64,000 nucleotides of DNA from Bdellovibrionota bacterium (GTDB taxonomy: Bacteria > Bdellovibrionota_C > UBA2361 > JBIKWN01): NCBI GenBank assembly GCA_044356295.1, contig JBIKWN010000006.1, positions 7,134 to 71,133 of the forward strand. Reading direction: 5' to 3'. Shown here piece after piece: positions 48,857-58,387 of the stretch (positions within the stretch are counted from its first letter, which is position 1; each line of letters begins with the position of its first letter). The notes under the pieces were generated by a model. It did no database searches. It was not told where the DNA came from and worked only from the letters and a program-made list of their open reading frames with translations. Position numbers and translations under genes: made by a program.

Positions 48857-49861
48857 ATGGCAACAGCAATGAATAACATTCCACAAGTTCGAGAAATAGC
48901 AATCCGTGATGCTCTAAAAGAGGCAATGGATGAGGAGATGTCCCGTGATGAGCGAGTCTTTCTTATGGGTGAAGAGGTTGGTTCCTATAATGGAGCTTAC
49001 AAAGCATCAAAAGGTTTATTAGAAAAATATGGCGCGAAAAGAGTTATTGATACTCCAATCGCAGAGAATGGTTTTGCTGGTATTGGTGTTGGAGCTGCAA
49101 TGCTTGGGCTTCGTCCTGTTATTGAGTTTATGACTTTTAACTTTTCTTTGATTGCAATTGACCAAATTCTAAACTCTGCTGCAAAAGGTCATCTTATGTC
49201 AGCAGGTCAACTGAGTTGCCCTATTACATTTAGAGGTGCTGGTGGTGCTGCGTATCAACTTGGTGCACAACATGCGAGCTCGTTTGAACATTTCTATGCT
49301 TACACTCCTGGATTAAAAGTTGTTGCGCCTGCAACTCCGTATGACATGAAGGGACTTCTGAAAGCATGTATCCGCGATGATAATCCGTGCTGCTTTTTTG
49401 AAAGCGAATTAACGTATGGTTTGAAAGGTCCGGTACCTGAAGAAGAATATATAATTCCAATTGGTAAAGCTGATATTAAACGTGAAGGTACTGATATTAC
49501 TATTATTAGTTGGTCAAAGAATGTATTTATTGCGCTCGATACTGCAAAAGAATTAGAGAAACAAGGAATCTCGGCAGAAGTAGTAGATCTTCGAACACTT
49601 CGACCTCTTGATAAGGAAGCAATCTTTAAATCAGTTGCAAAAACTCATCGTTGTTTAATTATTCAAGAACAAAATCTTGTTGCTAGTTACGGTGCTTATA
49701 TTTCGCATTTAATTAATTCAGAGATCTTTGATGAGCTTGATGCTCCGGTTCGATTACTTTCTTCTTTAGAAATACCGATGCCATATTCAAAAACTCTTGA
49801 AGCAGTAATTCTGCCTAACAAAGATAAAGCTGTTGCAGAAGCATTAAGAGTGCTTGCTTAA
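48857..49861 (+). CDS. 2-oxoacid dehydrogenase E1 component beta subunit
   Basis: Transketolase-like pyrimidine-binding domain (VFLMGEEVG...AENGFAGIGVGAAM) and a C-terminal domain. Confidence 0.85.
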   Translation: MATAMNNIPQVREIAIRDALKEAMDEEMSRDERVFLMGEEVGSYNGAYKASKGLLEKYGAKRVIDTPIAENGFAGIGVGAAMLGLRPVIEFMTFNFSLIAIDQILNSAAKGHLMSAGQLSCPITFRGAGGAAYQLGAQHASSFEHFYAYTPGLKVVAPATPYDMKGLLKACIRDDNPCCFFESELTYGLKGPVPEEEYIIPIGKADIKREGTDITIISWSKNVFIALDTAKELEKQGISAEVVDLRTLRPLDKEAIFKSVAKTHRCLIIQEQNLVASYGAYISHLINSEIFDELDAPVRLLSSLEIPMPYSKTLEAVILPNKDKAVAEALRVLA

Positions 49862-49866
49862 ATTGT

Positions 49867-50394
49867 ATGGCAATAATCCCCTATCAAGGCAAAAAGCCCT
49901 CTATAAAAGAGAGTAACTTTATTGCTCCTGATAGCTGGATTATTGGAGATGTAACACTCGGAGAAAACGTCTCAATATTTTTTGGTAGCGTTCTTCGAGG
50001 CGATATTCAGACGATTTCAGTTGGTGATAATACCAATATTCAGGAGCACTCTCTGCTACACACCTCGCACGGCAGAACACCTTGTATCGTTGGTAAAAAT
50101 GTCACTGTTGGACACCGCGCAATACTTCATGGATGTTCTATTGGTGATAACTGTATTATTGGGATGGGATCCACAATATTAGATGAAGCAGTTATTCCTA
50201 ATAATTGTATTGTCGGAGCTAACAGTCTTGTGACTGAAGGTAAAACTTTTCCTGAGAAATCTTTAATCTTAGGAAGTCCTGCAAAGGCTGTTCGATCACT
50301 TACAGAAGAGGATCTCGAACAGATCCAACAATCACGAAATTTTTATGTTGAAACTGGGAAAACATTACACGAATTTTTCTTAGGACATCCATAA
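49867..50394 (+). CDS. Gamma-class carbonic anhydrase / hexapeptide-repeat (LbH) family protein
   Basis: Left-handed beta-helix hexapeptide repeats and the H..H of gamma-CA (HTSHG, VGHRAILHGC). Confidence 0.75.
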   Translation: MAIIPYQGKKPSIKESNFIAPDSWIIGDVTLGENVSIFFGSVLRGDIQTISVGDNTNIQEHSLLHTSHGRTPCIVGKNVTVGHRAILHGCSIGDNCIIGMGSTILDEAVIPNNCIVGANSLVTEGKTFPEKSLILGSPAKAVRSLTEEDLEQIQQSRNFYVETGKTLHEFFLGHP

Positions 50395-51503
50395 TGAGCA
50401 TTTTTCGATCGAGCTTATCTCTCTTCATTTGTATCACTTCTATACATATTCTGATTTTTTCTAAAACTGAATGTTATTCACAGCCTCAACAGCAAGTCAC
50501 AAAGATAGGTATTTCTGTATCCTTAACAGGTGATGGCGCAGTAATTGGAGCAGATATGAAATCTGCATTTGAATTTGCCAATAAAATGTATGGTAAAGAT
50601 AAATACGAGCTTATTTTTGAAGATGACCGCTGTGATGCCAAGACTGCATCCTCAATTGCACATAAATTCAGCGAAATTGATAAAGTACAGTATGTACTTG
50701 GCTTTACGTGCAGTAGTGCTGCCGCTGCAACAGTCCCAATATATGAAAAAGCAAAAGTACTGATGCTCGCAACTTCAGCTTCTTCACCACGTCTTATTAA
50801 TGTAAGTCCATATTTTTTTCGCCTATGTCCTAATGATCTTGATGCTGCAAAAATTTTAGGTTCCTATGCATCAAAAAAATTTAATCACATTGGTTTAATT
50901 GCAGAAGTAACTGAATACGCACAAGCTCTTGGGGACGAATTTGAAAAAGGTCTCATAGGCGCGGGTAAAAAAGTAGAGCGAGAAAATGTTTTGCCCAATT
51001 CAACAGATTTTCGTCCTATGATTTTTCGAATGATCAATAAGGGAATAGACGCATTATTTATCAATACTCAAGCTGAAAAAATATTCAGTGTCGTATTACT
51101 CCAAGCAAAACAATCTAAACCAACTATTCCTATCCTTGGGGCTTATTGGCCAGGTTCAAACGCAGTACTCGAACTTGCTCATAAAGAGTTAGAAGGTACT
51201 GTCTTTGTTGATACACCTTCCCTTGATTCGATTCTAAATGCTGAAGGTCAATCTATGTTGAGAGAGTTCTATAACCAAGGCGGAAGGATACTTGGAACAG
51301 AAGCTATGTTTGCGACGGCTTTTGAAGGGTTTCGATCACTCACACAGGCAATTGAATCTGGCATCGATCCCCGTGAATTTCTACAAAAAACAACTTTTCA
51401 TGGTGTGTTTGGTACATATACGTTCGATGAAAAAAGAGAGCTTCAAGGCCTACCATTAGCTCTAAAAATAATAAAAGATAGTAAAGCTGTTATTCTAAAT
51501 TGA
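50394..51503 (+). CDS. Periplasmic substrate-binding protein, LivJ/branched-chain-amino-acid type (type I PBP fold)
   Basis: Signal peptide, then KIGISVSLTGDGAVIGAD. No permease or ATPase genes are adjacent. Confidence 0.65.
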   Translation: MSIFRSSLSLFICITSIHILIFSKTECYSQPQQQVTKIGISVSLTGDGAVIGADMKSAFEFANKMYGKDKYELIFEDDRCDAKTASSIAHKFSEIDKVQYVLGFTCSSAAAATVPIYEKAKVLMLATSASSPRLINVSPYFFRLCPNDLDAAKILGSYASKKFNHIGLIAEVTEYAQALGDEFEKGLIGAGKKVERENVLPNSTDFRPMIFRMINKGIDALFINTQAEKIFSVVLLQAKQSKPTIPILGAYWPGSNAVLELAHKELEGTVFVDTPSLDSILNAEGQSMLREFYNQGGRILGTEAMFATAFEGFRSLTQAIESGIDPREFLQKTTFHGVFGTYTFDEKRELQGLPLALKIIKDSKAVILN

Positions 51504-51522
51504 TTTTTCTTGAAGAATTTAA

Positions 51523-51714
51523 GTGAATAATATTTTCAACCCATCAATCGCTGTACAAATAGAAAGCACTCCTGAAGATCGGGTATTAGAAGAATTATCA
51601 TTAGCTGTTGATTCTGGCTCGAAAAAAGTGATTACTCAGGCAAGAAATCTATTGAAGGAAGTGGAAACACTACTGGAAGAAATAACTCAAATTGACATAA
51701 AAAAAGCAGAGTAA
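51523..51714 (+). CDS. Small hypothetical protein
   Basis: 63-aa ORF with an acidic helical character. It has no support other than its spacing. Confidence 0.3.
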   Translation: MNNIFNPSIAVQIESTPEDRVLEELSLAVDSGSKKVITQARNLLKEVETLLEEITQIDIKKAE

Positions 51715-51737
51715 AAATTTACTCTGCTTTCGTTTTT
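51706..51737. terminator. Bidirectional terminator hairpin
   Basis: gcagagtaaa..tttactctgc followed by tttcgtttttt, between convergent genes. Confidence 0.6.
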
Positions 51738-51759
51738 TATACTATCTTGTTATCGACAA

Positions 51760-53064
51760 CTATTTTCTCTTATCGATAGGAACATAATCAGTAATGGTAT
51801 TCCCAATATAGACCTGACGTGGGCGGTTAATCTTATTACCAGGCTCACCTAAGTATTCCTTCGCATGAGCAATCCAACCCGGTAATCTGCCAAGTGCAAA
51901 CATAACAGTAAATGCTTTTGTAGGAATTCCAAGAGCTCTGTAAATTATTCCGGAATAGAAATCTACGTTTGGATATAATTTTCTATCAACAAAATAAGAA
52001 TCAGTAAGTGCTGCTTCTTCAAGACGTTTTGCAATATCGAGAAGTTGGTCGCCTCCTTTTACTTTCGTAAGAACCTTATGACACGCTTCTTTAATAATTT
52101 TTGCGCGTGGATCATAGTTCTTATATACACGGTGACCAAAGCCCATGAGTTTAACTTTCGAATCTTTTTGCTTTGCAAGCTCAACAAATTTCTTAACATC
52201 TCCACCGCCGTCTCGTATGGTTTGAAGCATCTCAATAACTTCTTCATTTGCTCCACCATGACGAGGTCCCCATAGCGCACAGATCCCAGCAGAAATTGAT
52301 GCATAAAGGTTTGCCATCGAGCTTTGAACCATTCGAACCGTTGAAGTCGAACAGTTTTGTTCATGATCTGCATGAAGGATTAGCAAAAGATTCATAATCT
52401 TTACTAACTCAGGATCAACTTCATAACCTTCAGAAGGTGTTGAGAACATCATGTAGATAAGGTTTTCGCAGTAACTTTTTCTGTTATCAGGATAGATGAA
52501 TGGCTGCCCGATAGCTTTCTTGTATGCATACGCTGTAATAGTTGGAAGTTTTGCTAAGAGACGAATAGCAGTTCTATCGAAAATCTCTGCTTCACTAGCA
52601 TCTTCATGTTGATAGAAAGTTGATAAAGAACAAACAACCGAGGAAAGTATCGCCATTGGGTGCGCATCTCGTGGGAATCCATCATAAAAACGTTTTACAT
52701 CTTCATGTAGTAAAGTTCTTCGACTAATTTTTTGTTCAAAATCTAACAGTTCGGCAGCAGTTGGAAGATTGCCGTACATCAAAAGATAGGCAGTTTCAAG
52801 AAATGTTGCCTTCTCTGCCAATGTATCAATTGGAATACCTCGGTAACGCAGAATTCCTTTCTCTCCATCAATGAAAGTAATTGCGCTTGAGCATGCACCA
52901 GTGTTCATATACCCATTGTCGAGGGTTATATAACCGGTCTTGGCTCGAAGATTACCAATATCAATTGCTTTTTCGTTTTCAGACCCGATAACAACAGGAA
53001 GTTCGATTTCGCCATCAGGGAGTTGTAATTTTGCTGTAGTCGTCATTATACTTTCTCGATTCAA
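51760..53064 (-). CDS. gltA: Citrate synthase
   Basis: GFGHRVYKNYDPRA signature. 434 aa. Confidence 0.95.
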   Translation of the reverse strand: MNRESIMTTTAKLQLPDGEIELPVVIGSENEKAIDIGNLRAKTGYITLDNGYMNTGACSSAITFIDGEKGILRYRGIPIDTLAEKATFLETAYLLMYGNLPTAAELLDFEQKISRRTLLHEDVKRFYDGFPRDAHPMAILSSVVCSLSTFYQHEDASEAEIFDRTAIRLLAKLPTITAYAYKKAIGQPFIYPDNRKSYCENLIYMMFSTPSEGYEVDPELVKIMNLLLILHADHEQNCSTSTVRMVQSSMANLYASISAGICALWGPRHGGANEEVIEMLQTIRDGGGDVKKFVELAKQKDSKVKLMGFGHRVYKNYDPRAKIIKEACHKVLTKVKGGDQLLDIAKRLEEAALTDSYFVDRKLYPNVDFYSGIIYRALGIPTKAFTVMFALGRLPGWIAHAKEYLGEPGNKINRPRQVYIGNTITDYVPIDKRK

Positions 53065-53174
53065 TAAGATTATTGTGATCTTTCATCAGTAGACCGACAA
53101 ACCGTCAGCTATTAGAATGATCATTCTAGTAGCTATTTTTATCATATTTGGTTCATTGTTAACAGAAAAAAGAA

Positions 53175-53510
53175 ATGTCAGATAAAGTCAAAAAAATTAG
53201 GCGGGTACACCCATTCGGCTTTAGAGTCTTAGTTCAGGTTCAAGACCAGCCGGGAGTAACGGATGGAGGGCTTTTTATTCCTGAAACAGCCAAAAATACC
53301 ATGGCAGAGAGCATCCTTGCCCAGGTTATTGAGGTCGCGAGCGCAATGGACGACCACGGTCAAGAAGAGACAAATATCAGTGGGATTCCTCTTGGGGCGA
53401 CCGTTCTTATAGAAAAAATGGTAGGGGTCAAGGTTCCATGGGACGACAGAATCAGAATTGTCGATAGTAAGGATATTTTGGGCATTGTTCACGAAATGAG
53501 CCTTTCATAG
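53175..53510 (+). CDS. Divergent GroES (Cpn10)-like protein with no groEL partner
   Basis: Alignable by eye to GroES: IRRVHPFGFRVLVQVQ...TDGGLFIPETAK...IPLGATVLIEK..G..V......IVDSKDILGIVHE compared with IRPLGDRVLVKR...TAGGIIIPDTAK...VKVGDKVLFSKYAG.EV.......IL.ESDILAVIE. Confidence 0.5.
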   Translation: MSDKVKKIRRVHPFGFRVLVQVQDQPGVTDGGLFIPETAKNTMAESILAQVIEVASAMDDHGQEETNISGIPLGATVLIEKMVGVKVPWDDRIRIVDSKDILGIVHEMSLS

Positions 53511-53909
53511 ACACGCCCCCCACTTCCATGCCATTATAACCTCAAGAGTCACCTTAATCTTCATGGTGTATTCCTTTGACTTCGCTATATTGATTCTACT
53601 AGCCGATAATTTATCTAGAAAAACAATATAGTCCTCTTGCGCTGGATGTCTTTACAAAGACATATGAAAAGAGTCCTGTTTGCAAAGAGAACTTTTAGTG
53701 AAGTTCACTGAGTATAGCTCCTTAGTTCGGATACATTCTCTTGAGCGGCATATCGACTCTTGTAGGAATTCAATCCCTCACTCGGAGAATATATTTTATT
53801 TGTATTCACTTAACTTTCCCCATAAAGACCTAAGTGATGCAAAAGATAGATTTTATTTAATCATAACAAATTTAACCTGAGTCTTTATTGACTCTACCAA
53901 AGGAAAAAA

Positions 53910-55190
53910 ATGGCAAACAGCAAACAAACCGTTTCACACGTCTATTATGAAGTTGGAAGTGAGCTCCTCGCTAAACCAACTGCATTAACTCAACTTATTG
54001 AAGGAAGTGATGCTAGAACTACAATCGTATTTTGCAATTCAGCATCTGATACTGACCTCGTCGAAGTGCTACTTAAAAAACGTGGTGTTTCTGCTCAGAA
54101 ACTTATCGGCTCTGTAAGCCCAGAGAAAATCGCTCGTACTATTGAACAATTAAACAGCGGCGAAATTACAACAATTGTTGCAACTGATGCTTCTGCAAAA
54201 AATATCCCAATCGACTCTTTTAATCTTCTTATTAGCTATACCTCACCTACAGATGGTGATACTTATAAAAATCGATATGCTTCTGAAGATGGTTTAAAAA
54301 ACTTGTTAACAATTGCAACACTTGTAAGTCCTAATGATGCAGGTAACTTTGAAATCGTACAGCAAGCATTAGATGGTAAAATCACTAAAGCAGATCTTCC
54401 AACTGCTGATACATTACAAAAAGCAAAACTCAATCGAATCAAAGCTCAAGCACAAACTAAAACTGGTGCTGAAGAGAAGTATAAAGCTCTTATCGAAGCA
54501 ATCTTAGCAGATAAAGAAAAAGGATTGGTTATTGGATACTTGCTCGCTAACACTTTAGAAGTACTTCCTTCTCTTCAAGCTGCCCAGTCACGTGAAGAAG
54601 AGCATTACGACGATGAAGATGCTCAACCAAACTTTAATAGCTCACATCATGATAGAAATGGTGGAAACCGATACGGAAATGGTCGAAATGATCGTAACGA
54701 CCGACGTGGCAACAACGACCGTGGCAGAAATAACGGAAGAAATACCCGAGACAATCGTGGTGGACGACAACAATTTAATGACGCAGGTGATGATAGCGAA
54801 GCAAGTCTTCAAGCAAGAGAGGCAATGGCTCGAAATAAAAAACGTGCATTTACTCCTCCTCTGAAAGAAGCTCGAATTTACCTTGGTAAAGGGTCTGCTT
54901 CAGGAATCAGCGAAGCAACTATTAAAAAAATGGTTCAAGAACAAGGCGCGCTTACTGAAGGTGATGTTCGTCGTGTCATCGTTCGTAAGAACTATGCTTT
55001 CTTTGATGTACTTGAATCACAATCAGAAGACCTCATCAATAAAATTGATGGAACTTCATTGATGGCAAAAAAAGCAACTGTTATCTCTACACAGATTCGT
55101 GACCGAGGTGAAGATGACAATGAATTTGCTCCAACACTTGAAGAAGCAACTGCTCAGGCATCTGGTGGCATCGCTGCTAACGCCGAGTAG
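53910..55190 (+). CDS. DEAD-box helicase-related protein lacking the N-terminal ATPase domain: RecA2-like domain, R/N/D/G-rich linker and DbpA-like RNA-binding domain
   Basis: It begins exactly where helicase domain 2 begins: VSHVYYEV...TTIVFCNSASDTDLVEVLLKKRGVSAQKLIGSVSPEKIARTIEQLNSGEITTIVATDASAKNIPIDSFNLLISY. Motif VI is degenerate (YKNRYASEDG in place of HRIGRTGRAG). The C-terminus ARIYLGKGSASGISEATIKKMVQEQGAL...VRRVIVRKNYAFFDV resembles the DbpA RBD. Confidence 0.65.
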   Translation: MANSKQTVSHVYYEVGSELLAKPTALTQLIEGSDARTTIVFCNSASDTDLVEVLLKKRGVSAQKLIGSVSPEKIARTIEQLNSGEITTIVATDASAKNIPIDSFNLLISYTSPTDGDTYKNRYASEDGLKNLLTIATLVSPNDAGNFEIVQQALDGKITKADLPTADTLQKAKLNRIKAQAQTKTGAEEKYKALIEAILADKEKGLVIGYLLANTLEVLPSLQAAQSREEEHYDDEDAQPNFNSSHHDRNGGNRYGNGRNDRNDRRGNNDRGRNNGRNTRDNRGGRQQFNDAGDDSEASLQAREAMARNKKRAFTPPLKEARIYLGKGSASGISEATIKKMVQEQGALTEGDVRRVIVRKNYAFFDVLESQSEDLINKIDGTSLMAKKATVISTQIRDRGEDDNEFAPTLEEATAQASGGIAANAE

Positions 55191-56859
55191 ATCTTTTCTT
55201 TAATGAACTAAATGCACTCTTGATAGCATTCAAGAGTGCTTTTGATGATTGGCTTGTTTTTTTCGAAATTGAATCGAGAGCTACATTCTTTGTTAAAGAC
55301 CCTGAAGAGTCTAATTCACACTCGTACTCACCATAAAACGATAGAAAACTTCCTCTAGACCGTGGATCTCTTAAACCAGCTAATCGAATTATTGATGTTG
55401 GATTACTTGGTGAGAATCTATAAATTTCTGAGCCTTGTCCGTTTCTTCTCGCGGCACCGTATAAGACAACCTCACAACCAGATTGCACTTCACTAACATT
55501 GATTTTTAAAGTCAGCGATCCAGATCGAGACACTGAAGCTCCAAGAGAGATTGAACCAGCAGACTCATTTGGATTATCTGGACCAGGTGTTACTGTTGGT
55601 ACTGGACTCGGTGTTACTCCGTCTGATGGATTATTATCTACATCAAAGCACGACGGAGAAGAATTTAAATGATTTACTACGTCGGCAATACTCGCTGCAG
55701 AAAAATAGGTGCTGCCTGGAATATTTATGTAAGGCGCCATTAAACTCGATCCATCAGTTGTATCATGTCCAGCACCAAAGTTGTGCCCAATTTCGTGTGC
55801 AACTATTGAAGCATCAGCTGCAGGATGGAATTTTTGAGTTATACCAAAAGAGTAATCTTGGTTACTACAAACGACACCAACCCAAGCAAGACCAATAACA
55901 CCACCATCAAAGTCTTTCCCTGAAAATAAATGATATAAATCTGCTTGACCGAGTTGGTTATTATTTAATGTATAATTTTTAAATGATCCTAACAGCGTAC
56001 CAGAATTTGTACTGTTGAAAGGATTACCCACTGAAGATGAAAATCCATGTTGAGCTGAAATGACCAGTCGAATTCCTAATTGATTTTGATAAATTGCACT
56101 TGCTGCTGCTACAAGTGTTGCAATTTGCGCATTCGAATTAGCGCCGTATGTTTCATACCATTGTGGGTCAAATTCCGTTGCTATAGTAGCGTACTGCGGA
56201 TTTGATGGGCTAATCTCTCTTGAAGCGACAGCTTGAGGCTCCATCTGTGAACTTGAACGAGCTTGCTCTTGTTGTTCCATAGCAGCAGTTTGATGATCAT
56301 TATCGTGATTATCATTTCCACATGCTAATTCTTTCAGGGCAACAGTTGGAACAGATGATACCTTTGCATCTTTAAGTTGATGACCACTAATATAAGACTT
56401 AAGATAAAGTGCTCTACCCTTACCACGTGAAGCGTTCATGATTAAGTGCAAAACTGGTTTCCCATTCTTGGTTTTGCTATAGATACTGCCACCGAGAGAT
56501 AACTTCTTTCCATTTGAGCGAGCATACCCTTCAACAAGGGCGATATCTTTATCATCTTTCTTTGAAAATCCAGAATAATCTTGAATCGATGAATCCCAAG
56601 ATTTAAAAGTAATTTTATTTAAATAGATTGAATATCTTCCTGAACCTACAATGTGCGCTGAAAGCCTAATAGATTTTTTTAAATTTGAAAGTAACGGATT
56701 ACTTCTTCTGTGACTACCATCCTTAACTTCTGAAGCAATAAGCCTTAATCCATCAGTATCACCACTTATATTTGTTCTATACGGTGAAGCGTGGGCTGAA
56801 GATAAAGAAATCACTATTCCTAAAGCAATTCCAATTATATGGGAAACTTCTTTCTGCAT
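55177..56859 (-). CDS. Secreted zinc metalloprotease, reprolysin/adamalysin (M12B)-like
   Basis: Signal peptide. VAHEIGHNFGAGHD fits HExxHxxGxxHD. Confidence 0.75.
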   Translation of the reverse strand: MQKEVSHIIGIALGIVISLSSAHASPYRTNISGDTDGLRLIASEVKDGSHRRSNPLLSNLKKSIRLSAHIVGSGRYSIYLNKITFKSWDSSIQDYSGFSKKDDKDIALVEGYARSNGKKLSLGGSIYSKTKNGKPVLHLIMNASRGKGRALYLKSYISGHQLKDAKVSSVPTVALKELACGNDNHDNDHQTAAMEQQEQARSSSQMEPQAVASREISPSNPQYATIATEFDPQWYETYGANSNAQIATLVAAASAIYQNQLGIRLVISAQHGFSSSVGNPFNSTNSGTLLGSFKNYTLNNNQLGQADLYHLFSGKDFDGGVIGLAWVGVVCSNQDYSFGITQKFHPAADASIVAHEIGHNFGAGHDTTDGSSLMAPYINIPGSTYFSAASIADVVNHLNSSPSCFDVDNNPSDGVTPSPVPTVTPGPDNPNESAGSISLGASVSRSGSLTLKINVSEVQSGCEVVLYGAARRNGQGSEIYRFSPSNPTSIIRLAGLRDPRSRGSFLSFYGEYECELDSSGSLTKNVALDSISKKTSQSSKALLNAIKSAFSSLKKRSTRR

Positions 56860-57001
56860 TAAAAAAAGCTAACGTCATTTCTTGTTCTGCAGTATAGGTT
56901 CTGTGTCTAAATCATAGTTTGAAAAATGCAAAAAATTTGTACCAACGGTATGTAAACATCGTACGAGAATTTCGTAGATGTAGCCTGTTCTGTCGATAAA
57001 G

Positions 57002-58387
57002 CTATTTTGAATTGTTTGAGACTTTTTTATTCACCGGCGGACTAGATTTTTTCTTATTAACTTTTTTCTTATTAACAGATTTCTTTACAGACTTAGGCTT
57101 AGCCCCTTTCGGTTTTTTCTTAACAACAACGGGCTCTGTAACAGGTTGTATTCTTTCTTTTAATAAACTCTTTTTGTATGCAGGATCATCTTTAACAAGT
57201 TCAGTAACTTTCCCTGTTGGAATACGTAATGTATACCCAGCTGGGATTGCTTTTCTTCCTGTAACGACTGGTTTTAATAATGCATAGTTAGCATCTATAA
57301 GAGCTTCAGTTGAAACTCCAAACGTTTTTGAAGCTTGCACCAGTGTGACTGGTTTTGTGACATGGTGATCTCTTACCGTAAGCTCAGGCAGTAGTGATAC
57401 GTTAGGGTAATACTTTCGATAATTATCATATATCTCGACTGCAGCAAGGAACTCTGGCCAAAAATTCTGAGAGGCAAATCCAAAAACTGGTTCACCTGAA
57501 GCTCGTTCAATCATTTCTGAAATATCATTTGTACCCGCTGCAACAGTTTTTTTATAGACACCGGAAACGCCGTGATTATAAGAAGTAACGGCTAGCCCCC
57601 AGTTCCCTAAAGATTTATATGCTTGTTTAAAATACTTAGCAGCTGCGCGAGTTGCAGTAAATGGATCTAACCTTTCATCTACGGTGCTTCCAACCATCAT
57701 AAATTTACGTGCAGTAGCAGGCATAAACTGCCAAATACCTGCCGCTCCAACAGAACTATAGGCAGTATAGTTAAAGGAGCTCTCTATAAATGGAAGCCGA
57801 GTCAGCTCAACTGGTAAATTCTCTTCTTCGATAAAGATTCTTTCTATTTGTGGTAAGTAACGACCTGTACGCCGAACTGCTTCTTCACATTTCTCTTTGA
57901 TACCTGTTTGTGTTCGTACCCAGTCATTATCAAGGACATCTTGGTATTTTTGTTTACCACTCGGCAAGGATTTCATTTGAGAAACAATATACTGCTCCAT
58001 CGAATTTCTTGGCGTCCCCGTCTTGGCAAGATTCTCAAGATAACCTTCAATTTCACCAACCTTTTCTGCCTCGATACGCTTCACAAGTGACTCATATCCA
58101 GCTGGACTAAGTTCTTCAGCCGCTTTGCTAAAATCTAAAACTTTAAATGAAATCTGAGGAAACCTTCTGTGATGTATGACCTTTTGATATTTTCCATACT
58201 TACCAAATATAGCTTTCCAGAAATCTACTCTACCTCGAAGGCGCTCTGGAGTTTCTAAGCCAGCAGGTCGAGAGTTATCTTTTTTGCGGGTCTGCGCACT
58301 ACAATCATCATTAATCAAAACAATAAAAGTAAATAAAAACGGTAAAAAAATCAGTGATATGATCCTAAAACTAAGAATTTTTTTCAT
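57002..58387 (-). CDS. Lytic transglycosylase (MltD-like: SLT domain + LysM-like domain + lysine-rich C-terminal tail)
   Basis: SLT motif ESSFNYTAYSSVGAAGIWQFMPATAR. LysM-like VTLVQASKTFGVSTEALIDAN. C-terminal KKKPKGAKPKSVKKSVNKKKVNKKK. Confidence 0.8.
   Translation of the reverse strand: MKKILSFRIISLIFLPFLFTFIVLINDDCSAQTRKKDNSRPAGLETPERLRGRVDFWKAIFGKYGKYQKVIHHRRFPQISFKVLDFSKAAEELSPAGYESLVKRIEAEKVGEIEGYLENLAKTGTPRNSMEQYIVSQMKSLPSGKQKYQDVLDNDWVRTQTGIKEKCEEAVRRTGRYLPQIERIFIEEENLPVELTRLPFIESSFNYTAYSSVGAAGIWQFMPATARKFMMVGSTVDERLDPFTATRAAAKYFKQAYKSLGNWGLAVTSYNHGVSGVYKKTVAAGTNDISEMIERASGEPVFGFASQNFWPEFLAAVEIYDNYRKYYPNVSLLPELTVRDHHVTKPVTLVQASKTFGVSTEALIDANYALLKPVVTGRKAIPAGYTLRIPTGKVTELVKDDPAYKKSLLKERIQPVTEPVVVKKKPKGAKPKSVKKSVNKKKVNKKKSSPPVNKKVSNNSK

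Noticed and set aside
53521-53909. Missing N-terminal DEAD domain of the helicase-like gene, including track ORF 53680..53880
   Set aside because: Translated all frames by eye. There are no Walker A/B, Q-motif or SAT sequences. The 66-aa ORF has no recognisable similarity and is probably non-coding.
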